A DNA stretch of 63,969 nt, counting the filler, from Hausera hauseri (lineage: Eukaryota): the NCBI GenBank assembly GCA_046269625.1. It is 11 parts of 11 records of this genome, joined end to end, with 100 filler letters (N's around TTAATTAATTAA, not from the genome) between each part and the next. Parts side by side here need not be neighbours in the genome. Positions count along the whole stretch, not along the records: positions 24,058 to 28,883 come from JBJURY010422698.1; positions 28,984 to 35,866 come from JBJURY010055328.1; 9 more parts are not named here. One strand, 5' to 3'. The translations under genes and the position numbers were made by a program. The notes under the pieces were generated by a model. It searched no databases and was not told the DNA's origin. It saw only the letters and a program-made list of their open reading frames with translations. Below, in pieces: positions 24,058-34,350 of the stretch (the first letter of the stretch is position 1; the number at the start of each line of letters is the position of its first letter).

Positions 24058-26819
24058 ACGTAACATTCTCTAATTTTAACTTTGATAAACTCTGATTCTT
24101 GATATACCCAGAATCTGTGGCCGCTTGTTGTCGTTAATTGTTCTGGATCGGCTTCTGGGCATTTTTCTAGATCGACCAAAGAATATTTCTGTCCTTCACT
24201 GGGTTTTGAACAATCGTAGGCTACAATACCTACCGCTTTCGGCATCAATAATGATGTTATTAAAAGTATCTGGAGAATTTCCATAAAAGACATACCCGTT
24301 ATACCCGTCTTTGGGGTGGTCATATTTGACTGATTGGTCGTGGGACCGTCCGTCATTCTTCCATATCCTTCTGCTCTTGGCATTAAACTTGCTAACCAAC
24401 CACCTCTACATTGAACCCAGTTCTCCAAGGTGTCCTTTAGAATTTTAACTGTTACTTTAATATTTCGTTCAATTTCTTCTAAATTTTGTGTCTGATAATT
24501 TATCACTATAACTTTATAAAGGAGGTAGGCCACTGCTGTTTGCGCTTTTTCCCGTGTGATTCCTGTGGCGAATATCTTCTCCAAGATATCTTGTTCATGT
24601 AGTTCATTAATCCTTTCTTCATTAATGTTTTCATAAAACTGTCTACTAATTCTCAACATTGTATTACGTAGTGTCTGGAATAAATTGTCAGGAATCGTTA
24701 CCTGCATATCAAATGATGCGAATGATGTGTGCAACTTTGCTAAAAGAGTTCTTAATAAGGGGTCTATATCCACCGATTCCGTCATCGCATCCGTTCCTGC
24801 CAGTAATAGACGTCTTACTATTTCTTCATTTCTATCCTTTTTATTGCGGATATCGCTTATTTTTGTTCCTTTAGGCCTTCCCCGTCTTTTGGCCTCTATT
24901 TGTATTGTAGCTTCTTGAGTATCACCTAAAGGATGTTCTTCTACTTCTTGGGGTTCTATTTCTCTTAGTATCTCGCCTATCGTTTCTTCTGCCCTGGCTT
25001 CGGGGCGTATTTCCGTTATCGTAATTGGATTATATACTTCGCCTCTGCATCCAATCCTTAATAGATTATCGTAACTATATAAAGTTCTTCCATAAAAATT
25101 TAATCCGTACATTTTATCTTTATAGAAGGATTCTGACTCTTCTATCTTTTCCCGTAATGTTTGTATATCGTCAGTCTCTTTCATTCTGATAACTCTTATA
25201 TCCTGATTTCCTTCCCTTATTGTTATTCGTATTGCTTCATTTCTTCCTTTTTCTTCTTCAGCCGCTTTGGCTAATACTGTACGTGCTATTTCTCTTACCG
25301 GACTTGTATCATGAGCAAGTAAGAACAGCTGGAACAAAATTTCGTTTATTTTCTCTGACGATACCTTATTATTAATTAACTTAAGTATTGTCGTGGTCGC
25401 TTCATCTACGTTTACTATGTTTTCCGGATCAATGGTTGTTACCAGTTGGATTATATCCTCTTCTTCGTCCAGATCCACATCTGTCTTCTGTATGACCTTT
25501 TCAAATATCGTTTCATCAAATATTTTTACAGGTTCGTCTTGATCTGATGAGGGGGCGCTTCCTTGAGGCGTACTAAGGTTACTTTTCTTTCTTCCTCTTC
25601 TTTTTTTCTCCTTTTCTACTTCACTTTTTTCTGTTGACGTTTCCCTTAATTCTACATCAATTATCTTTTTGTTGCCTTTCTTTCTTCCTTGACGCGATAT
25701 TTTTTCTTCTGGTTTATCTCCTACCATACAAATTCTATTTTCTCTTAACCGTCGTTGTTGTGTTTTATAGTCTTTTAATTCCATAGCTAATTGAGTTTTC
25801 ATACGTTGAGCCATTATATCGTTTACATAATTTACACTCTCTTTCTTCTTATCCTTTTTCTTTGTTTCAGGTTTACTAATACTATCCTCTGTTTCATATT
25901 CTTTATCGGATGATTCATCTGACGTAGCTGATATGTATTCCTTCTTTGGTTGCTTATTCTTATTATTCTTCGAAGGCTCCCTTCTACGAGATCTGCATGT
26001 CTTTGCTATATGTCCATACTTGTTACAATTGAAGCATTTTAATCGTCCTTCAGAATCTATATTCGGCAGTGCTCTTCCATCTTTTACAGAAGGCTTCTTT
26101 TTGTAGTTTGACTTTTCGCCATCATTTCTTAATTTAAACCTAACTTTCTTTTCTACATCTGACTCTGCCTCTGTGGCTGATGTCTGGGAAGGACTTCGAT
26201 TTCTATTATAACTTTGATATTTCTGCATGCTATTATTCTTTCGTCTATCCTGATTATTATCGTAACTTTTAGGTTTATTCCACCTATACAATTCAGCATC
26301 TCTTTCAGCTTTACGTGCCTTTCTTATGGCTTCCTGAAAGGTAGGTGGGTCAGCCTGTAAAATAATACTTCTTAATTTGCCTTCTAATCCGTATTGGAAT
26401 TGAGCCAACAGTGCATTACTTCTTATTGCTGCATCTGGGTACGCCCTTGCGGCTAGCTTTTCCAGTGCACAGACAAAATCTTGAACTGTCTCATCCTTTC
26501 GTTGCCTCCGTCTTATAAACTCTTCTATCCTCCCCTTTCCAGAGGGATCAACTAGAAACTTTTGAGGTAACTTATCTTTGACAGTTTTCCAATCCTTTTT
26601 ATCTTCTTCTGGCATCTGGAAGTAAATCGTCAATGCAGTTCCTTTTAGATGGAGAGGCAACCTCTCCATTCTTTGTTGGTCATTCCATCCAAAACTTTTT
26701 GAATATACTTCATATTCCATTATGAAGTCTTGTACATCTTCTTTTCCGGAGAATTTCTTCATTGGGAGGGTGAAATCAGCCTTCGACTGAATCACCTGTT
26801 CTACGTTATGATTTGCCAT
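24058..26819 (-). CDS. LTR retrotransposon polyprotein: Gag-CCHC, ubiquitin-like, AT-hook, Bcl-2-like, signal peptide, envelope start (cut by gap)
   Basis: Open frame over 900 aa; FSGKEDVQDFI..LPLHLKGTA gag, CFNCNKYGHIAKTC, KRRGRPK, EKIFATGITREK and LENWVQCRGGW, LLITSLLMPKAVG-IVAYDC. Confidence 0.85.
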
Positions 26820-26985
26820 GGCTACTTCTTCTTCACTTAAGTGCTGTATGTATTCTAAACCGTAAGGTTCGTTATCTTCTTCTTGTATGTTATTCTCTTG
26901 ATACGGGGTTCCTCTTCGAGTCGTTATTTTGATAGGATACTTTCTATTTCTTCTTATCTAAAGGTATCTTCTTTATTCAGTTTAT

Positions 26986-27004
26986 ATCCCGGGTCACGGC
27001 ACCA
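26986..27004 (-). promoter_or_regulatory. primer binding site complementary to tRNA-His 3' end
   Basis: Minus strand TGGTGCCGTGACCCGGGAT, 3 nt after LTR end ...ATTGAACA. Confidence 0.85.
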
Positions 27005-27007
27005 GTT

Positions 27008-27456
27008 TGTTCAATCCTCTCTAATCAGGTTGGGAGAGACTCTATTATTCGTTAATTTGATTAGGGGGGAGAACAAAAATACTTATACTTTTATAGTTAC
27101 TTAACCGCTCAAATAGGGGTTGCAGATATATCGTATGGTAAGCCTTACCTACGTAGTTTTTAATTCTAATTTTATACCAAAAACCCATTGCTTATATACT
27201 AAAATACCATATGACAAAAAATCATAAAAATATTTCTACATATGGCAAAAAATCAATTCAATCAATACTTAATTGACTGTTGATAAATAATAAGAGAAAA
27301 TAAATCATGTGTCTCTTTCGATTTTAGTCACCGAACATATGTTTCAGTTTTTAATTTCGATTTAAACATATGTTTCTGTTTTGATCAGTTTTTAATTTCG
27401 ATTTTGAGTCAATAAACATATGTTTCAGTTTTGAAGAGTTTTAATTTCGATTGACA
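27008..27456 (-). repeat. 5' LTR (about 450 bp) of the Bcl-2/env element, with short internal repeats in U3
   Basis: Termini TGTCAATC...GATTGAACA (imperfect inverted repeat); TATATAA at about 27195; three AACATATGTTTC..TTTAATTTCGA repeats; alternative start at 27337. Confidence 0.6.
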
Positions 27457-28983
27457 TTCATTAGTATATCGATTCGATAAATATCTAATCCATAAATTTG
27501 GAACTCTTACTCCTATTTGATCACAAGTAGTATTTCTGTAATTGATGAAATAAATGAGTATTTCAATATTAGTCTTAAATTTTACAATTTTTTGTTATTG
27601 AAAAATATTGTTTTTAAGTAATAAAATGTTGTTAATGGATATTGTTCAATGGTATAGAAATAAATATGAATAATAATTGCCATTATTCAATATCATCCAA
27701 CCTCGAACATGAATTAAGGGTACTTTTTGCTATGCTCCTCATATAATCCTGAATTTTATGAAATTTGAGAGCTGTTGTTTGATTGTCCGTTATCGTTAGT
27801 AGTTCGACACAAAATATTTCAGTTGTATGGGAGATATAGTGAATTTGCATAGTGATTTATTTTGAGGGAATATAGTACAAGTCCCAAATATCCATACATT
27901 TGAATTTCCACAGAATTTTAAATTACCTTCTATCTTTCGACTATATTACTCACTATTTGGTCTATAATATGTGCTGAGGCTGATCCGATCATTTCTTTTT
28001 AAGTTCGGTCTATCATACAATATATGTTGTGGCTGCATGCTTTTCAAAAGTGTTTTAATATTTAAATTTTTTTCGGTAATTTGTTAAGTTAAAAAAACAT
28101 GAGTTGAATTCAGAAAGATGTGACAGGGGCAAGAGAATGAAATTATGTAAAATATATCGGATTCACCCGTTCGTTGTTAAAGACCAAAAGATGAAAAAAT
28201 TATTTGAAAAACAAAAACGAAAATGTTGTTTAAAAAACGTTAATTTTTCCACGTTTTTTTACTTCTCGTTTTTTCTATGAATCTCAAAATGTCCGACGAA
28301 CAAAACAAAAAGTACTTATCTCGTCTATTGCGGAATTTCAATTATAACGTCTTTAAAACGTTACCGATTATTGTTACCGATGAAAACGGGCTGGATGATT
28401 GTTCAACCGAAGGATCCCGACTATTTCTCAGTGTATTCACTGGACAAGAAAAATCGCCGACGTTGAAATTTATTTGCGATAGTTTTACAACCTCCGTTTA
28501 AACGACTCTTCTTCCACTTTACCTATGCTATCCGAATTCGGTTTTATTCCAAATGGAATCCGTTCAGATAAAATCAGCTTAAGACGATATCAAACTGTTA
28601 TCCGATCGACTTGTAGAGTCTTTATTCAGAAAGCCGCAAAAGTACAACGAGTCTATTTGATTGTTGGGACATCCGTCATTTTAGTTTTACTCAGTAAAGC
28701 CAACGAATACAAATTGATCAGCAGTATGACAGTCAGAAAGGCCGTCTGTGCCACTTCGAGAATGGTTGAAAATTCTAGTGACACCGTTTACGAAATTAGC
28801 ATATCCAAAAAGAATAATGGTCAGAAAGCTAAATCCCAGAAATAAACTCAGAAACTTATGATCCACACAGGAATCCACCAGTCNNNNNNNNNNNNNNNNN
28901 NNNNNNNNNNNNNNNNNNNNNNNNNNNTTAATTAATTAANNNNNNNNNNNNNNNNNNNNNNNNNNNNNNNNNNNNNNNNNNNN

Positions 28984-29689
28984 AGCACATTACCACTAAT
29001 GGAAAATTTACAAGCCCATTTGTCTGTGGCCAGCTTTATTGTGCATTCCTTAATAACCACATATTAAACACACCCTAATAGCCCATCCACTTCCCATGTA
29101 AAGACCGTGGACTGCTTTCCTCTTTTCTCCTGCAATGCTTTCACATGGCTACTTCTCTTCCATCTGCATTTTCTGTTTCCATGTAGAAACATCCACATCA
29201 TAGACAGCATGTCTCCCCACAGCTGAATACAGAAACGGTACAGAAAACCTTCTACATTTTGTGTCAAGCTGCATCTCAGGGGACACCTTTGCTTCGCTTC
29301 ACTTTACGACGGAAAAGCCCAGAACATTAGCTGCTTCTGCAGCAGACTGCGGCATTCGCAAGGACCATATGCCACATCTACAACTTATGTAGCAGTTATA
29401 GAAATTTTTACAACACGCTGAACCAGCGTTGCAGTTAGTCTTTACCCATGAGGAATTATTCACAGAATTAATAGTTTTCCTGCTGGAAAACACCACAGTG
29501 GTGAAGAACAATGGGAGGTTATGTTTTCTATTACAGCATTCGTTCCATGTTGGGCATTTTTTTGGAATCTCTTTTCCGAAATTTTCCAGGCCGGTGTAGT
29601 TTGCGCATCAAGCGCGCTACGTATTGGCTGCCGGAGGGGCCCGGGCAGCCCGGCGGGGGGTGATCCAGAACCTGCATTTTTATACTACT
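28984..29689 (-). mobile_element. probable Polinton terminus (AGTAGT start, GC-rich hairpinned TIR)
   Basis: Minus strand starts AGTAGTATAAAAATGCAGG, then GGCTGCC..GGCAGCC and GTAGCGCGC..GCGC..CTAC hairpins. Confidence 0.5.
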
Positions 29690-29747
29690 AAAGTGTACTC
29701 GGTAAGTGAACTGATAGTGGGAAAAAAAGTTAAGTCATCGGAAAATG

Positions 29748-29760
29748 AAAAAGACAAAAA
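29748..29760 (-). terminator. RNA polymerase III terminator (two T5 runs)
   Basis: TTTTTGTCTTTTT immediately after the 5S 3' end. Confidence 0.7.
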
Positions 29761-29824
29761 GGATCGGCACTGCGTATTCGCAATTTGTCTCTAATATAAC
29801 TATTAACGCAGCCCACTTAGTGTA
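29761..29824 (-). rRNA. 5S: 3' half of a divergent 5S rRNA gene
   Basis: GGGCTGCG-TTAATA-GTTATATTA-GAGA-CAAATTGC-GAATA-CGCAG-TGCCGATCC aligns without gaps to canonical GGGCCTGG-TTAGTA-CTTGGATGG-GAGA-CCGCCTGG-GAATA-CCGGG-TGCTGTAGG; CTGCGT/ACGCAG helix is compensatory; T5 follows. Confidence 0.8.
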
Positions 29825-32792
29825 AAATATATTTATTATATACAATTTTAACATCAATAGGGAAATCTATATCTCCTTCTTTTTTGCATAAGGTACGCAT
29901 GTCTTGCGATAAACAAGTAAACGATCAGTTACATATTTTTCGTGATCAGAGGAGTTATTACCAGTTTGTAGGATATATCGGTGACTGTGGTTATGTCTAT
30001 TCCAGATCATTGCTGAGATTTCCACACTTGCCATAGCGCAGTGTGATCTCAGTCTGTTCACAGCAGTATCGCAAAGGCCAAGTTCTTTTAGCACAGATTC
30101 ATTTGCCGGTGCCCACGATCCTAGCGCTCCGACGATTACAGTGTAAATATGGACTCGCCAACCAGGCAGCGCTGAACGAATATCTGACTGAAGATCTTTG
30201 TAGTGCTGCGTGTTGAATGATGCAGCGTTCTCGAAGTTTGTGACAGTGTCGTATGGCGTTTTTACATCGATGATGTAGAAGGCCTTGACAACTTCACATG
30301 TCACCTGAATGTCTGGTCGGAGGTTTCGGTTTGATAGTTTGCATTGTTGGTCGAATATGCATTCGATATCAGGTAATTTGGAGAGTGCCTCAGCTATGAG
30401 CCGTAACACTGTGTTGTGTCGATTTCGTACCAGGTGCATGTTTGCGGGGCAGTGGCATAGCACGTGTTGCAGCGATTCGTTGTCGTAATCGCATCGTCGG
30501 CAGGATTTGTTTTCATTTTCCGGAGCATCACGAGTAGCCAGGCAGTTGGTTCTTGCTCGATGGATAAACCGCCACGCGTATAAGCTTAAGCGATTAAAAA
30601 TAGCAGTGTTTACCATGGGAGAGAGTGCTAGCGTCATACTGCACTCGCCGTGTCGTTTCATTTTTCTCCAGTTGAATAAGTTTGCTCGACGTATCATATC
30701 GTGTAAAGCGTGAGTTAGACTTTGCTTCTTCTCCCGGCTGATGATCACTTCCTTGTGGGTAATGTTTGATGGCTCTGGCGTATGTCTGATCTTGATGTTG
30801 ATTTCGGGAGTTTGTATGAATGTTATACATATTTGACATGTAGAGGCTAGGTGACCAATTGCGTATCGGACTCTGTGCCACCAGGATGAGTTGGGATTAC
30901 GTTGAGAGCCAGCATTGAGCCAATCAAGTGCAGAAGATAAATTTGAGGGACTATTAGCGTAGTTTGCAGCGGTTTTGATTAATTCATTTTCAGCAATATG
31001 TGCCAAGGCTGTGTGTTCAGCAACCAGCATTTTGAATGCTTGCACTATGGATTGAATGCAGTATTCTTCGGTGATTGGTAAGAGGCCAATACCGCCCATA
31101 GATTTTTCAGTGTACATATATGCTGTAGGACAGTTTTCGTGGGAGAATGTCACCTTTCGGATGAACTCGCGAATCACTGCTTCAAGATGAGTCATTTTAG
31201 AGGGATATCTTGGGTCTGGCAGCATGTAGTGATTGAGGAATCCTATGGGAAACTCGACGTTACGAAATATAAACGTTAGCCTTGAATGAATAAAGGTATG
31301 GTAGGCATCGAGTTTCTGCCATGGTAATAAGTTGCTGTTCTCAATTTTAGTGAGATCAAGAATGCATTTCTGCATTAATTCGACTGGTGGGATCTTACCA
31401 CGTTTTGAAAAGTTCACTCCAAGATATTTGTAAGACAATCCATTTTCGATAATCGGGATAGGCTGATCGTGGATTATGAGATTCCGAGAATGCTTGTGAT
31501 TGTGGCTAAGATAACCACACTTCTTCGGATTAAAAGTAATATTGATTCTCTCAGCAAACCTCTCCGCACATTGGATCATTTGTTGCAGCCAGTTCTGAGT
31601 TTGAGCAATAAGTGCTAGATCGTCGGCGTATGCTAGGACTGCAACTTTTTGTTGGTGTAAACTGTATCCAAAGCTTAGCTCATTCGATAGCTCCATTAGG
31701 AGCGGGTTGATTCCAATGCTGAATAGTAGCATCGAAAGCGGACAACCTTGGCGGACACCAGTGCGAATTGGTAGGTATCCCGTTGTGATCGATCTACAGA
31801 TGTATGCGCATTCGCTTTTGGAGTAAAGCGCTTCTATTAAAGATATTAATTTTGCGAAGGTTGACGCATATTAATTCTAGGGGCACTGTTGGAAATGCTT
31901 CGCAAATATCCAAGAAGGCCACATGAATTGGGAGGATCTGATTGCGACTTTGATACTCAAGAATTGATGTCAGAGTAAAATTGTGCTCGGAGCATCCTTC
32001 GTATGGGCCCATGTTTTTCTGAAATGGGTGAAGAAGTCCTTCTGCTTTACACCAATGTTGTAGCTGGTGTGCTAAGCAACTTGTCAGAATTTTGTATACT
32101 GACGAGAGTAGGGCGATGGGTCTCCATGAGTCGATGTTGTTATAAGAGCCATCTTTATCTTTTTTTGGAATTAACAAGGTTTTGAAACGCGTCCATTGTG
32201 TTGGAGCCGTGCAACTTTCAACCACCTTGTTGAAAAGGTATTCCATGAGTTTTGCTTCAGGATCAGCATACAAGACGTCTCGATAAAAGATCGTGTCTTA
32301 TCCCGCCGCGGCATGTTTTAGTCTCTTAAGGCATTTAATGATTTCTTCGGCCGATGGACTATGAAATTGGAATTCCTACCCTTGAATTGTTGCGTAGCTT
32401 CCCTTCCAATTAACGGCTTTAGGTGGGTTGCCTTTCTGTATGAAATGTGCGACAATTGTTTCTTCGCTGGGGAACTCCGTAATTCTGGATACATAAAGTA
32501 TTTTTTCGATTGTTTCTTTTTTGTCTCTTAAATAGGATTTTCGAATGTTTTCACAAATTAGATCCCGTTCTGGTAATTTTGGATCGTGTCTGATATTTTG
32601 GGGCAGTGATTCATCAGAGCGCGATTGAAGAATGTGATCATAGATTTTATCTTCTGCCATTTGTGTGTTAGCTAACCATAGTGATCGCAGTAGGTCACTT
32701 GCCGCTTGTTTCTGGAAGCTTATAGAGTGTTTTCTGATTTTTGAATTTTGAGTTTCTGGCTGTCGAAGTTGGTGATTATGAATTTTCTTCAA

Positions 32793-33150
32793 TTAATATC
32801 TGAGGCTTCTGATGTTCCACTGTCGATTTGAAACGTTTTGAATTATGTTTAGAATTTCAGCACAGATAATCGGGCCACAGTCAAGACATGTTTCTTCCTT
32901 TTGAGTTATATGAGTATTTTCTGAGAATTTAAGCTTTGATGATCTTAGAAAGCTGTTGAACAATTCAGTTAGGATATGTCCGTAAAGATTTGCTTGTGGG
33001 GAATTATCTGATTTTGCTGGATCGATTATCTTGCACTTGCCACCTGGTACCGATCCTATGAATGCCATTCGATGTCCGTCAGCAGTTGTAATTAAGCAGA
33101 AGAAATATTCAATATATATGAAATCTGAAAATGAAATTGTGTGTTTAATG
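32793..33150 (-). other. Ulp1/C48-like protease domain 2 of the non-LTR element
   Basis: DGHRMAF..KIIDP..TQKEETCLDCGPIIC. Confidence 0.6.
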
Positions 33151-33915
33151 AAGTCCTCATCTTTCGCTAGTAGTGCCGATGTCTCGTGAACATCAAAGAG
33201 CATTTCGGTAGCGGTAGGTATCTTTTAAGTAAGGTCTTAATAGTAATGTCTAGAGAATCAATAGATGAGGCTTTAGACTTGGATAGTCATGCGAGTTTGT
33301 ATTTGGAGGCGCTTTGAGTCAGCTTGTGATGTTGATTGTAGTGACTGCTGAATTTCTTGTAAGGAAAAATTTCTTGACAGCCAAAGCCGTGTACGTTTGA
33401 TTCAGGCGCGAGCTCCTTATGGTGACGTTTAGACCAGTTACGTTCTATATTGTCTGTTGAAATTCTCGCACAGTGGAATTGTTCGAGGCATCGAGGAAAG
33501 CAGAATATCAGCTTTTGACATTTGGATGTCGGTAGAAGCTCAAAGTTCCAGTCTTTTAGAAGTTTCCGGCTTGCCGTGTCTAAATGCATTCAATCTTTAG
33601 TTTGTGTGAATGTTTCGTGCACTTTGAAGAAGCGTTTGCACTTGCATAAGATTCTTACTTGAGGATCATTTGCGTCATTGTGGCATGTCCGGATGTGATC
33701 TAAGATCTTTCCTTTGTTTAGGTTATCAGAAATAAATTTGCAATCCCCTTCGAAGCATCGGAACATGTACTTCTTTTCGAGGATGAATGCATAAAATTTG
33801 CGCCCTTCATCTTTGCTGGGCAGCTTGAGGAGAGCTTTAAAGTTTGGCGCAAGGCCACTTTGTGTTGTACTTGTTCTGGATCAAACAAGTCTAGTGATAT
33901 TTCTTCACAAATATT

Positions 33916-34350
33916 TTATAAAACCGCAACGTATGGAACACAGTCTATGTTGTTTGTTTGTTTTGGCAAAGCTTTCGGATATTTTTCGTATGTGAAGGTA
34001 CAGCAGTTCAGAATTTTTGATAAAGTTTCGCATAGTGAGACTAGGAATTGGTTCAACTCATCATTACCATTATTCGAGAGCAAGTCGAGTAGTTGAATTT
34101 TCCTGTCGATGCGATTAATTCTGAGAAGCATCCAATGATAATTTTGTAGGATTGGTGCTAAGATAGAATGCGCTTTTCGCAGTTTGGTGAGAAGATCTTG
34201 GCCGATTACTAACGATAAATATGAGGGTAAAGGGATCGCTAACGCAATCAGCTGTGGGTGCCAAATAGTTGTATTTACTGGCACGTTTACTGTTTCTGCG
34301 TAGTCCATGATGTCATCTTCGGAAAAGTAATCCGGATTCGGGATGTCTCT
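33916..34350 (-). other. Ulp1/C48-like protease domain 1 of the non-LTR element
   Basis: APILQNYHWMLL..IQLLD..PKQTNNIDCVPY (His/Asp/Gln/Cys). Confidence 0.8.

Noticed and set aside
27336-27450. Short spaced repeats resembling a CRISPR array
   Set aside because: Irregular degenerate repeats inside a eukaryotic LTR, with no unique spacers or cas genes.
28277-28845. ORF pair upstream of the His-PBS LTR; also 19171-19542, 36288-36735 and 63600-63969
   Set aside because: No recognisable motifs, and most are interrupted frames; no product call can be supported.
29590-29670. GC-rich hairpins as an HDV-like ribozyme of the non-LTR element
   Set aside because: They lie beyond the element's 3' end and the 5S terminator, and I could not build the nested pseudoknot.
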